Part shown: in pieces, positions 1 through 8,799 of the stretch
How the letters are laid out: each line of letters starts with the position of its first letter
Numbering within the stretch: position 1 is the stretch's first letter
Assembly (NCBI RefSeq): GCF_000015145.1
Contig: NC_008818.1
Span: forward strand, 870,001-902,000
Reading direction: 5' to 3'
DNA from: Hyperthermus butylicus DSM 5456
Lineage (GTDB): Archaea > Thermoproteota > Thermoprotei_A > Sulfolobales > Pyrodictiaceae
DNA length: 32,000 nt
Translations under genes and position numbers: made by a program
Notes under the pieces: generated by a model
What the model was told of the DNA's origin: nothing
The model's input: the letters and a program-made list of their open reading frames with translations, nothing else
Databases searched by the model: none

Positions 1-311
1 TCCGGCCCCTCCTCATCCTCCATTACTAGGAGCCCTATTGGCCTAACCTCTATAATAGTACCCGGTAGCACCGGCTGGTTCGATATGACTAGCACATCTA
101 CAGGATCACCATCCTCCTCCAAGGTGCCCGGTATGAAGCCATAGTTGAACGGGTAGACCATTGAGGTGTAGAGGAACCTATCTACACGAATAACCTCGGC
201 CTCCTCGTCAAACTCGTACTTTACATTGCTACCCATGGGTATCTCTACTAGGACGTTGACTATATCGGGAGCCTTCTCACCAGGGCCTATTCTCTCGTGT
301 ATGGAGGCCAT
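1..311 (-). CDS. ppa: Inorganic pyrophosphatase (family I), N-terminal part; the gene runs off the left window edge
   Basis: Absent from the ORF track because it is open at the edge. Reverse-strand translation from the ATG at 311-309 gives [77 protein letters not shown].... This carries the family I PPase signature (KYE..D, DR.LY, YP.NYGFIP.T..EDGDP.DVLV). Confidence 0.9.
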   Translation of the reverse strand, partial: MASIHERIGPGEKAPDIVNVLVEIPMGSNVKYEFDEEAEVIRVDRFLYTSMVYPFNYGFIPGTLEEDGDPVDVLVISNQPVLPGTIIEVRPIGLLVMEDEEGP

Positions 312-348
312 TGTGTACCAGCCATGGTGTCTGGGCTCTATGCGCTAG

Positions 349-360
349 TATAAATATATT
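349..360. promoter_or_regulatory. TATA-like element (TATAAATATATT) in the divergent ppa/folE spacer
   Basis: This is the only A/T-only block in the 108-nt spacer. It lies about 40 nt upstream of the ppa ATG (311) and about 65 nt upstream of the folE GTG (420). Confidence 0.35.
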
Positions 361-419
361 AGTTCTTGGCTTTGTTGTGCTCCAAGGGGCTGTAAGGAGA
401 CATTACAGGGCCTAGTGGG

Positions 420-1010
420 GTGGCAGGCTTGCCCATCGATAAGGCTAAGATAGAGAAGGCTGTGAGAATGATCCTTGAGGCTATCGGGGAGGATCCAGAG
501 CGTGAAGGGCTCCGTGAGACGCCGCGACGAGTTGCCGACATGTTTGAGGAGCTGCTTGAGGGCTATGACTTCACCGAAGAATACACATGGTTTACCGAGG
601 CTACCGACCTGGTTGTGGTTAGCGGTATAAGGTTCTATAGTCTCTGCGAGCATCACCTGCTACCATTCTTCGGTGTAGCCCATGTAGCTTATCTTCCTCG
701 CGGCAAGGTTATCGGTTTGAGTAAGATTGTGCGTATAGTTAACAAGTATTCTAGAAGGCTACAAATCCAGGAGCGTATGACTAAACAGATAGCTGATGAA
801 ATCTCCAAGGCTACAGGCTCACCCGACGTGATGGTTATAACTGAGGCTGTACACCTCTGCATGGCTATGAGGGGTGTACGTAATGGGGCGCCAACTGTCG
901 TAGCTGCAGTGCGGGGCGAATTTGAGCGCGACCAGAGCCTAAAGGAGGAGGTTTACAGGATTATAGAGCCACATAGACTGTCAAGGGTTATCGCGCTTAG
1001 CTTCTTCTAG
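420..1010 (+). CDS. folE: GTP cyclohydrolase I (FolE type)
   Basis: 196-aa ORF with a GTG start. It contains the GTP cyclohydrolase I core '[22 protein letters not shown]' and '[11 protein letters not shown]'. Confidence 0.9.
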   Translation: MAGLPIDKAKIEKAVRMILEAIGEDPEREGLRETPRRVADMFEELLEGYDFTEEYTWFTEATDLVVVSGIRFYSLCEHHLLPFFGVAHVAYLPRGKVIGLSKIVRIVNKYSRRLQIQERMTKQIADEISKATGSPDVMVITEAVHLCMAMRGVRNGAPTVVAAVRGEFERDQSLKEEVYRIIEPHRLSRVIALSFF

Positions 1011-1461
1011 CCCGCTTTTCTCTTCCATTTCCACGTTTTAGCTCATACAATGCCATTACAAGACTTGCAACCACGTTATAGCTCATTCCTTCAACTCCAA
1101 CTGGTATGACGACCAAGTCACGTGGCTCTGGTATCTTCTCAAGAACCGTTCGGGGTATGCCGTAGTCCTCCGCGCCTATAATTAATGCTGTCTTCTCTGC
1201 AGGCTCTACCTCGGATAGCAGCTTGTCGCCGTAAACCTCCAGTACTATGTACTTGTCGGCGCTAGCTAGTTTTACAACCTCCTCAACAGAGTCTACAAAG
1301 ACCATATTGCTTCTTACATAGTCTGGCAAAGACTCTAGCCTGTAGTCGGTGCCTGGCCTACGCACAACGTAGAGTCTAGCGTTAGCACTATAAGCTATCA
1401 CTGCCACGTCCTGCAGGTTCTGGGGGTTTTTGGGATGGTAGAAGATGATGCTGAGTTCCAT
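997..1461 (-). CDS. Small SPOUT (SpoU/TrmH/TrmL-like) RNA 2'-O-methyltransferase; substrate not assignable
   Basis: 154 aa. The N-terminal '[12 protein letters not shown]' and C-terminal '[11 protein letters not shown]' and '[22 protein letters not shown]' match the trefoil-knot SAM-binding motifs of minimal SPOUT methyltransferases. Confidence 0.75.
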   Translation of the reverse strand: MELSIIFYHPKNPQNLQDVAVIAYSANARLYVVRRPGTDYRLESLPDYVRSNMVFVDSVEEVVKLASADKYIVLEVYGDKLLSEVEPAEKTALIIGAEDYGIPRTVLEKIPEPRDLVVIPVGVEGMSYNVVASLVMALYELKRGNGREKRARRS

Positions 1462-2301
1462 TTCGTCATCTACACCCCGCCATCACTATTTGACGCTGCA
1501 GTTATAGCCAGGACTATCTATGCAGGGCTAGGCGTTAAGCGTAACTGGCGTATACACATAGTGGGTGTTGGGAGCCGCATACCCATCAAGCTCCTCCTCG
1601 AGTCACGTATACCCATAGGTCTTGCACTTGAAAGAATCCGTACCAAGGAACCCCACATAGTGAGCGGCGAGGATGTTTACATAGTTGATAGCCGTGGCAG
1701 GCCCGCCTGGGAGTTCGGCAGAGAGCCTAGAGTTCTCGTAGTAGACTATAGCGGCGTATATGCTAGTCAGCTTGAGGATAAGAGAGCAGTACGTGTTCGC
1801 GGCTTGGGGCTTCAGAGCATAACCTATGAGGCTATCTCTGTCATCTACGAGTTCTTCATTAGGAGGATGTATGGAAAGAGGGGTGTCAAGCACATTACTG
1901 GCGACATACGGAGTGCTGTCTACCTTGCACGAAAACTTGTAGAGATAATGAGCAATTTTGACAATTACGTGCTGGTTGAACCGAATGCCGTCGTCTACGT
2001 CTTGAGGAGAGTATATCTCTCCGAGGGCATTCTATTGGATCCAGCAAAGTACAGTATCACTGTAGATCCCGTTGCCGGTAGCGTAAGTCAAGTCATAGAG
2101 ATGAATGCGTACACCCGTAGGCTTAGACCACTGGGCAAAGTCTACGCAAGACTTGAGGATGAGGTGTTTAGTGTTGAGGACTGGAGGGGTGTAAGGTACA
2201 GATTCTACATAGACAAGGCTAGGCGTGCTGTCTGCGTAACACCAGACTACTGTGTCTCCACCGGCACAATGAAATCTGAGCTGCCGCCATCGATACTGTA
2301 G
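1435..2301 (+). CDS. Hypothetical protein (288 aa)
   Basis: Long ORF with an ATG start and protein-like composition, but no motif I recognise. Its first 27 nt overlap the SPOUT gene start head-to-head. Its last 55 nt overlap the convergent ORF 2247..2684. Confidence 0.5.
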   Translation: MVEDDAEFHFVIYTPPSLFDAAVIARTIYAGLGVKRNWRIHIVGVGSRIPIKLLLESRIPIGLALERIRTKEPHIVSGEDVYIVDSRGRPAWEFGREPRVLVVDYSGVYASQLEDKRAVRVRGLGLQSITYEAISVIYEFFIRRMYGKRGVKHITGDIRSAVYLARKLVEIMSNFDNYVLVEPNAVVYVLRRVYLSEGILLDPAKYSITVDPVAGSVSQVIEMNAYTRRLRPLGKVYARLEDEVFSVEDWRGVRYRFYIDKARRAVCVTPDYCVSTGTMKSELPPSIL

Positions 2302-2684
2302 TCCACAACTATCTCGTAGCTCTTAAGGGCCTCTAATACATCACGCAGTGGCCCCCTAGCAAGCCACCCCGACACTATACAAGCGCTTAAGTTTTCGGCA
2401 CCATACACTCCTAGGTCACTGAGTATACGTCGTATAATATACTGCAACTCTTTCCTAGCCAGCAGGCAGAAGGGGGAAGGCTGAGGCGGCACTATGGCAA
2501 GAATATTTTCGCCCCCAAGCCCGAACGCTACCAGTATACAAGGGCCCGAGGCACATTTAGCCTTAAGCACCAGTGCCGCGTCGGGCAGCTCCCCAGCCTC
2601 CCTACTAGTTCTCCTCCACAATATGACCCCAAGCCCGCCAAGCCCGCTCAACATATTCCCCACAGATGAGAGTAGCCTAGACAA
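2247..2684 (-). CDS. Hypothetical protein (145 aa)
   Basis: ATG-initiated ORF supported only by its length and composition. No recognised motif. Confidence 0.4.
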   Translation of the reverse strand: MSRLLSSVGNMLSGLGGLGVILWRRTSREAGELPDAALVLKAKCASGPCILVAFGLGGENILAIVPPQPSPFCLLARKELQYIIRRILSDLGVYGAENLSACIVSGWLARGPLRDVLEALKSYEIVVDYSIDGGSSDFIVPVETQ

Positions 2685-2804
2685 GTATTAGGGCTGCCCT
2701 GTAGACCAGCTAGTGTGGCTGGGCCGGTGAAGCCTCCACGCAGGCCTGAACCGGTGATGAGGCTCGGGCAAGCAGCGAGGCCCCCAAGAAAGGGCTGAGA
2801 TGCC

Positions 2805-3056
2805 ATGCCTAGATGGCGATGGCTCAACGACGAGCTTCTCGTGAAATTTGTTACACGAGCACGCAATCGCTGGAGTGACTTTGAGGTGCTGCGCATTGTG
2901 CAGAAGCGTAGGAAGCAACTGTTATATGTACGTGTTCAAGGCATGAATGTCAAGCTAATAATATATCCTGACGGCACTGTAAGGTCTTTCGGGAGGAGTG
3001 AAGGTCTTGCACTAGCCGTAAAGAGGGTTCTTGAGAGGGTGCTGGGCGTTGAATAG
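2805..3056 (+). CDS. Hypothetical small basic protein (83 aa)
   Basis: ATG-initiated ORF. It overlaps the next same-strand ORF by 26 nt, which suggests a two-gene operon. No recognised motif. Confidence 0.45.
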   Translation: MPRWRWLNDELLVKFVTRARNRWSDFEVLRIVQKRRKQLLYVRVQGMNVKLIIYPDGTVRSFGRSEGLALAVKRVLERVLGVE

Positions 3057-3828
3057 TATTGAGCCCAGAGTTGCCCGCGAGACACAGCGCCAGAGGATAA
3101 ACGCTGCTATAGAAGCCCTTTCTAGGCTGCTCCGAGAAAACATTGTTGATCGCAAAAAGGCTGCTAGGGTAGTTGAGGAGACTTACCGGGCTAAAGCGGT
3201 ACAGCCCATCCGTGGTAAGGCATGGCCTCCCGATATATGGGATAAAGAGCTAGCCACACTCTACGTAATAGCTAAGCATGCATTCGCCCTTCACGAGGAG
3301 AACCCAGACTTCTTTCACGAGCTCTTTAGCTACGAGGAGACCCTTGAAGAGGCTGCTAAGGCTATTTTGGAGAAAGAGCAGGAGGAGGCTAGGAAAATAT
3401 CCTCGTTCCTACTCGGCGGCGACGTATCAGACAATGCTGTTGCTAGACTGCTACGGGTCGTAGCTACGGCGGTAGTGTTAGGTTTCGAGGACGAGGATAA
3501 GCTGATCAAGCTGCTGAACAAACTGCCAAGAGTCTTTCCCGAGGCTGAGAGGACTGTAAGAAAGTACTCAAGGTTTTACATTGCGCTACGTGTTGCCCAA
3601 GCTATTGCTGCCAGGATAATCCGCAACAGAATAGACAAGGAGGCGTTTAAGCAAGCGCTAGCAGCGAGAATAGGCATTGAGAAGGTGATACCCGATGACG
3701 AGTATATAGCGTTTATAGCAGCTAACGTTTTTGAAGTACCACAGCAGAGGCTGCGCAAGATACTCTCCATAGACTCTGGCTCTAAGCATGTAAAGCGCAA
3801 GGGAAGGATCTCAGCCGCGGGTTCATAG
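3031..3828 (+). CDS. Hypothetical, predominantly helical protein (265 aa)
   Basis: Long ORF with helix-rich, Glu/Lys/Ala/Arg-rich composition. The start is uncertain (TTG 3031 or TTG 3049). I cannot confirm any domain from the sequence alone. Confidence 0.6.
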   Translation: MRGCWALNSIEPRVARETQRQRINAAIEALSRLLRENIVDRKKAARVVEETYRAKAVQPIRGKAWPPDIWDKELATLYVIAKHAFALHEENPDFFHELFSYEETLEEAAKAILEKEQEEARKISSFLLGGDVSDNAVARLLRVVATAVVLGFEDEDKLIKLLNKLPRVFPEAERTVRKYSRFYIALRVAQAIAARIIRNRIDKEAFKQALAARIGIEKVIPDDEYIAFIAANVFEVPQQRLRKILSIDSGSKHVKRKGRISAAGS

Positions 3829-3918
3829 CCCATCCCGACTATGCGGTTGGCCCCTTGTAAGCCTCATCACGGCCCAGACCTGGTTAGAGTAGCGTTTCGG
3901 GGCATAAAATAGAGTAGT

Positions 3919-5283
3919 TTAGCTGGTCCTGTGGCGCTCTAAGTCGATCCTCTTTAACTCCTCGATTAATGCTTCAATAGCATTGTCGAGTGCTTCCTCA
4001 GCAATCGTCAACGGTGGGGCTATTCTTACTACTGAGATCCCAGCTGCTATGAAGAGGTAGCCCTTCTTGAATAGCCTCGAGAGCAGCTCTGCTAGCTCCT
4101 TCCTTGCCGGCTCCTTGGTCCTCCTATCTCTTACAAGCTCTACACCTATCATTAGCCCCTTGCCCCTAACATCGCCTATGAGTTCTATCTCCTCCTTAGC
4201 CTCATTCAACCTCTTTAGCACCTTTTCGCCGAGCCTCGCGGCTCTCTCACAAAGCCTCTCCCGCTTCATGTAGTCTATGACTGCTATGGCAGCTGCCGCA
4301 GATACCGGGTTGCCACCAAAGGTTGTTGCATGGCCACCAGGCTCTATCGTCATCACCTTTTCACTGCCAATAACGGCACCTAATGGTAGACCACCAGCAA
4401 TGGCCTTAGCCGTCGCTACAACGTCTGGCTTAACACCCCAATGCTCTATGGCAAACCAGCGCCCAGTCCTGCAGAACCCTGTCTGAACTTCATCGCTCAC
4501 AAGCAGTATGCCATGCTGTCTCGCTAGTTTCTCCAGCTTGCTAAAGAAATTGTCTGGCGGGACTACATAACCTCCCTCGCCTTGTATAGGCTCAAAGATA
4601 AACGCTGCCACCTCAGCCGGATCAACCATCTTCCCGAAGATCCACTCTTCAATATAGCCTATGATTGCCTCGCCGCATTCTTCCGGCGTCTCAGCACGGA
4701 ATGGGCAACGGTACGGATATGGGTAGGGTACGTGGATAACGCTTGGCAGTAACGGGCTAAACCATTTGCGCTGTACTGGCTTGCTAGCCGTCAGCGATAC
4801 CGCACCCATGGTTCTGCCATGGAATGCGCCGAGGAAGGCGATTAAGTACTGGCGCCGGGTAGAATACCTTGAAACTTTTATTGAGGCCTCTATGCTTTCG
4901 GCTCCGCTGTTTGTAAAGAAAACCTTTGCAGGTTTCTCAACTGGCGCTATCTCTACGAGCTTTTCTGCAAGCCTTACAGCTACCTCGTAATAGAAGTCGG
5001 TGAGACTATAGTGAGTAAACTTTTTGAGCTGCTCAATTGCAGCCTTTACAACATCTGGATTTGAAGAACCAACATTTAACACAGCTATACCAGCGTTAAG
5101 GTCTATGTACATATTACCATCTACATCCCACACTAAGTAGTCCTCAGCACGCTCAACTACAAGTGGGTACCACCTGGCAAAGCTCTGCATTAGAAGCTTC
5201 TGATCTTTCTCTATTACCTCCCGGGCCTTTGGGCCCGGAGGCTCAACTATAATCCTGGGCTTAACCGGCTTGTCTGAGGTCAT
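3919..5283 (-). CDS. Class III PLP-dependent aminotransferase (GabT/ArgD-like)
   Basis: Motifs present: 'FTNSGAESIEASIK', 'GAFHGRTMGAVSLT', 'LVSDEVQTGFCRTGRWFA' and 'VVATAKAIAGGLPLGA' (PLP lysine region). The ORF extends to ATG 5307. The TATA-like box at 5311-5318 sits too close to that codon, so I favour ATG 5283 (MTSDKPVKP...). Confidence 0.9.
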   Translation of the reverse strand: MTSDKPVKPRIIVEPPGPKAREVIEKDQKLLMQSFARWYPLVVERAEDYLVWDVDGNMYIDLNAGIAVLNVGSSNPDVVKAAIEQLKKFTHYSLTDFYYEVAVRLAEKLVEIAPVEKPAKVFFTNSGAESIEASIKVSRYSTRRQYLIAFLGAFHGRTMGAVSLTASKPVQRKWFSPLLPSVIHVPYPYPYRCPFRAETPEECGEAIIGYIEEWIFGKMVDPAEVAAFIFEPIQGEGGYVVPPDNFFSKLEKLARQHGILLVSDEVQTGFCRTGRWFAIEHWGVKPDVVATAKAIAGGLPLGAVIGSEKVMTIEPGGHATTFGGNPVSAAAAIAVIDYMKRERLCERAARLGEKVLKRLNEAKEEIELIGDVRGKGLMIGVELVRDRRTKEPARKELAELLSRLFKKGYLFIAAGISVVRIAPPLTIAEEALDNAIEALIEELKRIDLERHRTS

Positions 5284-5310
5284 TACACACCACCATGCTA
5301 AGGGCATAGC

Positions 5311-5318
5311 GTTAAAAG
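5311..5318. promoter_or_regulatory. Shared TATA-like box (GTTAAAAG / CTTTTAAC) between the aminotransferase and L35Ae genes
   Basis: This is the only A/T block in the divergent spacer. It lies about 44 nt upstream of the L35Ae ATG (5359) and about 30 nt upstream of aminotransferase ATG 5283. Confidence 0.4.
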
Positions 5319-5358
5319 GGGGACGGCGTCACCCCCCGCTGGCCGGGTAGGTTAGGGT

Positions 5359-5679
5359 ATGTCGGGCGAGGATAAAAGAGTCTACACTGGGATTATCCTG
5401 GGCTACAGGCTTGGAAGCAATACACAGTATGAGAAACAAGTGTTGATAAGAGTTGACGGGGTAAACGATAGGGCTTCAGCTTCAAGGCTAATAGGCTGGA
5501 AGGTCTTGTACCGCGACGGCAAGGGTAACGAGTACCGGGGCAAGATAGTACATGTACATGGCAGCAAGGGCGTTGTGATAGCTGTCTTTAAGCCAAACCT
5601 GCCAGGTCAGGCCAGGGGAGGCAACGTCTACATCTACCCGAAAGGCATTGAACTCGTTTTTGAAGAAGAAAAACAGTAA
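5359..5679 (+). CDS. rpl35ae: 50S ribosomal protein L35Ae (eL33)
   Basis: 106 aa. 'GIILGYRLGSNTQ...VLIRVDGV...ASRLIGWKV...GKIVHVHGSKGVVIAVFKPNLPGQARGGNVYIYP' matches the L35Ae family pattern. Confidence 0.9.
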   Translation: MSGEDKRVYTGIILGYRLGSNTQYEKQVLIRVDGVNDRASASRLIGWKVLYRDGKGNEYRGKIVHVHGSKGVVIAVFKPNLPGQARGGNVYIYPKGIELVFEEEKQ

Positions 5680-5692
5680 CTGGACCCATAAG

Positions 5693-6145
5693 CTAGTCCT
5701 GCCCACCAACATCAACGTTTATTATGTATTGTGCAGGGAGCCCGTTCTCCAGCACCTCCCGAATCCTCCGTAAATGCGGCGCTAATGCTGATGGCCTAAA
5801 GTTCTTTGAGTCCAACTGCTCAGGCTCAATCCACTCTATCCTCAAGTGCTCCTCTCTAGGCTTGATCTCCGCATCACCTACATCGCATAGAAAGTAGAAG
5901 CCTACCTCATGGACCAGCCCGCTCCTTCTCTTGTAGAAAGAGTCAACGATAAATATCAGCCTCATGTTCTCTATCTTCTCTATCCCAAGCTCTTCGTGAA
6001 CCTCCCTCTGGAGCCCCTGCACGATAGTCTCGTCGGGCCTTATCCTCCCCCCGGGCAGCCTGTAAAAATCACCCTTCTTGCTGAGCTGAACTAGTATTTT
6101 TCCGTCCCTCAGTATTATACAACGCGCCGCGACTCGAAATAGCAT
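5693..6145 (-). CDS. NUDIX hydrolase
   Basis: 150 aa with a Nudix box, 'GGRIRPDETIVQGLQREVHEELGIE' (GX5EX7REUXEEXGU). Confidence 0.85.
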   Translation of the reverse strand: MLFRVAARCIILRDGKILVQLSKKGDFYRLPGGRIRPDETIVQGLQREVHEELGIEKIENMRLIFIVDSFYKRRSGLVHEVGFYFLCDVGDAEIKPREEHLRIEWIEPEQLDSKNFRPSALAPHLRRIREVLENGLPAQYIINVDVGGQD

Positions 6146-6221
6146 CGTTGGCCCCGTGTGGTGGTAGAAACTATAGATATTCTAGAGTATTTTACAAGTC
6201 GCGGAAGATACTGCATAACTG

Positions 6222-7076
6222 CTAGAGTGGCGGGACTAATACTGGAGCTTCAACTGTGTATCCAAGTCTCCTCAGCTGCTGGGAAACCATGTAAGCTGTA
6301 TCCTCGTCTTCTACTATTGCTACCAGGCGCGAGCCATAGGCATCGATGAATGCTGTAGAAGCTCCCGCACTTATAGCTTCATTTATGAGGCGTAGCATCC
6401 TCCTAGCCAGGGCTCGGGGCAGTCTTTCAGCCACGACACTTGCTACCGCGTCTACTAGGGCTAGGGGGTCAGCTATATGCTCGAGTACAGCATCCTCGAT
6501 CGCAGATTCTGCTTCAGCTATAGCCTCCAGCATCCTAGCGCCAGGTAGGGGTTTCTCTAGGGAAGTTACAACTATCCAGTAGTCTCTGAGACTACCGAGT
6601 GGCACTATGGTGTTTGAGAGCATTGCAAGGCTACCCTCAAGGGAGGCCATCGCCGTCTCTATGCCCGGCTCGTCACTCAGAGCTCTTGATATCACGCCGA
6701 AGGTTATCTCCTCGCGTACATAACCCTCATAACCTATCCTTGTAAGCACTCGCGGAAGTATAGGTGATGAGAAGGCTACCCCCCGACCAAACAACTTGAC
6801 CTCAATGTTCTCTCCCGCTGCTATACTGCCAAGACTACAAGCTTGCACTATCACAGGAAGATCAGCTGCTATTGCTACTCCCACAAGCCCCAGCCTTGGT
6901 ATCAGAGTGACTGCTGTGTGCGCCTCCACCTCTATACATCTAGAGACGCCAGTTGCCGTGAGCACTATACCGGTGTACAGTGGGTATACGGTATCCGCCC
7001 TCTCTATCAAGGCGATAGCTCCCACATAGATAGTGGCTGCACGAGCTGGGAGAGGGCTAGTGGGAGCCGATAACAC
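6222..7076 (-). CDS. Hypothetical protein; possibly a divergent GHMP-kinase-fold protein with degenerate motifs
   Basis: 284-aa ORF located 50 nt downstream of mevalonate kinase on the same strand. The C-terminal 'AISAGASTAFIDAYGSRLVAIVEDEDTAYMVSQQLRRLGYTV' resembles the GHMP motif III region as I recall it from archaeal GHMP shikimate kinase. Motif II is only vestigial ('LPVIVQACSLGSIAAG'). A TATATAG box at about 7083-7090 is too close to GTG 7076, so the true start may be GTG 7025. Confidence 0.5.
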   Translation of the reverse strand: MLSAPTSPLPARAATIYVGAIALIERADTVYPLYTGIVLTATGVSRCIEVEAHTAVTLIPRLGLVGVAIAADLPVIVQACSLGSIAAGENIEVKLFGRGVAFSSPILPRVLTRIGYEGYVREEITFGVISRALSDEPGIETAMASLEGSLAMLSNTIVPLGSLRDYWIVVTSLEKPLPGARMLEAIAEAESAIEDAVLEHIADPLALVDAVASVVAERLPRALARRMLRLINEAISAGASTAFIDAYGSRLVAIVEDEDTAYMVSQQLRRLGYTVEAPVLVPPL

Positions 7077-7126
7077 CCAACTATATACACTAGACTAGCT
7101 GGAAATACATAGCCTGTCTGGACAAT

Positions 7127-8077
7127 CTAGACTGGTCCCTGGAGACCCGGCACCCCCAGCTCAACCTCGTAGACACGGAACCCCCTTAGCTCAAGAGCCT
7201 TCTTCACACGACTCGCGTGCTCTAGATCTACGAGGACTATCGCCGTACCACCCATCCCTGCACCAGTGAGCTTAGCCCCGAGGGCACCTTCGCGCCTTGC
7301 TATCCACACTATCTCCTCAAGCACGGGATGCGACACACCCATAGCGTTTAAGAGACCATGCGCTACATCCATTAGTTCTCCGAGCCTTACGCTATCCCCC
7401 CTAGAGAGCGCCGCCAGAGCCTCTTCAACGATACCATCAGCTGTTTCAAGGAGCCGCCTGCCCAGCCTACCCAGCCTCTCAAGCCTTACTGTAAACCGTT
7501 CAACAGCAATCCTAGTAGACCGAGAAACCCCACTATCAACTATAAGTAGCCTAGTATCCCGCATTCCCCTAAACTCTACGCGTTTAAAACCACTGCCACG
7601 TCGATAGAGTATAAATCCGCCATATAACGCAACGGTATTGTCAACGCCGCTCGGATTCCCATGGACAACCTTCTCAGCCTCAAATGCAGCACGCCATAAC
7701 ACATCATATCCAGGCTCCAATCCGCCAACACAAGCATAAGCAGCTACCGCAGCTAACGCTGTAGCAGCACTACTCCCAAGCCCCGCCCCAACCGGTATGT
7801 CAGACTCTATACGTATACGTGCAGGCCACAAGCTACGTCCATAACTACTAGCCACAAGCCTAAATCCCGCTAGAAGATTACAAAACCTACTACAGCTCTC
7901 CATGAGGTTCTCCCCGATTCTATAGAGCTGCGAGAAGACCCATAACCCCGATTCTGAAGGACTACCATAGGCCCGTGCTCTCAAGCCAATAGCAGCTGCA
8001 AGAGCAAGGCCGCCATGAACAACCCAATGCTCGCCAAACACTATAACCTTAGCAGGCGCTGACCATGCACACCCCAA
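7127..8077 (-). CDS. mvk: Mevalonate kinase (GHMP family)
   Basis: Motifs present: 'APAKVIVFGEHWVVHG', GHMP motif II 'IPVGAGLGSSAATALAAVAA', 'HGNPSGVDNTVALYGG' and motif III 'GAKLTGAGMGGTAIVLV'. Confidence 0.9.
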   Translation of the reverse strand: MGCAWSAPAKVIVFGEHWVVHGGLALAAAIGLRARAYGSPSESGLWVFSQLYRIGENLMESCSRFCNLLAGFRLVASSYGRSLWPARIRIESDIPVGAGLGSSAATALAAVAAYACVGGLEPGYDVLWRAAFEAEKVVHGNPSGVDNTVALYGGFILYRRGSGFKRVEFRGMRDTRLLIVDSGVSRSTRIAVERFTVRLERLGRLGRRLLETADGIVEEALAALSRGDSVRLGELMDVAHGLLNAMGVSHPVLEEIVWIARREGALGAKLTGAGMGGTAIVLVDLEHASRVKKALELRGFRVYEVELGVPGLQGPV

Positions 8078-8243
8078 ACACTACACCCGTGAAGCACAAG
8101 AGGACCCACTATTAGCCAGCTATAAAACCCAAAATTCACCACTTAAAAGGGAGAAGCTGCTAGAGAAGTATGAAGCACGGGGGTACCGGAAGCGGGAAAA
8201 AGAGATCAGACCACGGGAGCTACCCTCTCCCCACCTCATATCC

Positions 8244-8447
8244 TTAGCTGCAGATTGGGTAGTCGTCTGGTACCTTGGCTCTGAAGTACTTGCCTGTTTC
8301 GGGGCTCTTGAATAGGCCTATCTTGACGCCCTTCCTACCCTTGGGTGCTAGCTGCCACACCTTGATTGGTACCAGCTCTACCTCCTTACCAGTAGTAGGG
8401 TCACGAACCTTAACAGGCTTCTCACACGCCAACCCAACACACCCCAC
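8244..8447 (-). CDS. cren7: Chromatin protein Cren7
   Basis: '[56 protein letters not shown]' is the Cren7 family sequence. The start is either GTG 8447 or, with a GGGGTG Shine-Dalgarno-like element upstream, TTG 8432 (MACEKPVK...). Confidence 0.9.
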   Translation of the reverse strand: MGCVGLACEKPVKVRDPTTGKEVELVPIKVWQLAPKGRKGVKIGLFKSPETGKYFRAKVPDDYPICS

Positions 8448-8485
8448 AGACAGCTACTTCTCGTGTAGAGGGTACCTCCTCCACT

Positions 8486-8495
8486 CTTTTATAGG
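8486..8495 (-). promoter_or_regulatory. cren7 promoter TATA box (minus-strand CCTATAAAAG)
   Basis: A canonical TATAAAAG lies 39 nt upstream of GTG 8447. The predicted transcription start is about 10-17 nt before the start codon. Confidence 0.5.
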
Positions 8496-8650
8496 CTTTA
8501 CGTTTGGGGCCAGCCGGCCGGTTGCGCGGGGACAGCGGCCCCCCTGGATATACTTCTGTATTACCAGAGCTATATGGGTGGGCCCCAGTTTCGTAGCCTA
8601 CCCGGCCAGAAACAGCATTGAGTATGACTAATCGTAGTTCCACGAACAAC

Positions 8651-8674
8651 ATTAAATTATTAAATAATTAAACT
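8651..8674. repeat. Three tandem near-A/T-only 8-mers (ATTAAATT ATTAAATA ATTAAACT)
   Basis: Read directly from the sequence. It lies at the boundary between the GC-rich and AT-rich halves of the cren7-valS spacer. Confidence 0.8.
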
Positions 8675-8783
8675 AGATGTTTACTTAGTCGAGTTGGGCA
8701 TATATGGTAAATAGAAGACCACAATAATGGCCATCGTTCCAGGACTTACCGAGTCTATTCACTCCAACAAGTAGATGTCTTAA

Positions 8784-8799
8784 ATGTTCTTAAGAACAT
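8784..8799. repeat. Perfect 16-nt palindrome ATGTTCTTAAGAACAT
   Basis: Read directly from the sequence. AGATGT (8773-8778) and ACATCT (8796-8801) form a further complementary pair, the latter overlapping the palindrome. Confidence 0.8.

Noticed and set aside
2247-2684. Loose resemblance of the 145-aa ORF to the CheD-type deamidase pattern.
   Set aside because: The resemblance is only a vague spacing of hydrophobic and Gly residues. It lacks the catalytic Cys/His context and has no chemotaxis genes nearby. This is not supportable from the sequence alone.
3811-3870. Minus-strand C/D-like arrangement: perfect GTGATGA (3864-3870) with CTGA (3811-3814) 60 nt away.
   Set aside because: D' (GCCA) and C' (ATGGGCT) are poor and there is no terminal stem. 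The D box lies inside the antisense 3' end of a CDS. A CTGA at roughly the right distance is expected by chance about 5-10% of the time.
7266-7607. Long ORFs antisense to confidently assigned genes. Examples: 7266..7607, 9192..9497, 9822..10187, 22508..22930, 28749..29195, 4067..4486, 25213..25515 and the 27312-27637 part of ORF 27312..28154.
   Set aside because: Each lies entirely opposite a gene with clear family motifs. Their composition is Ser/Pro/Arg/Leu-rich and low in complexity. They are typical shadow ORFs of G+C-rich coding sequence.
8275-8652. ORFs 8275..8631 (+) and 8422..8652 (-) in and around the cren7 upstream region.
   Set aside because: The first is antisense to cren7. The second runs through the cren7 promoter and the GC hairpins and does not look like a protein. 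Neither has a credible start context.
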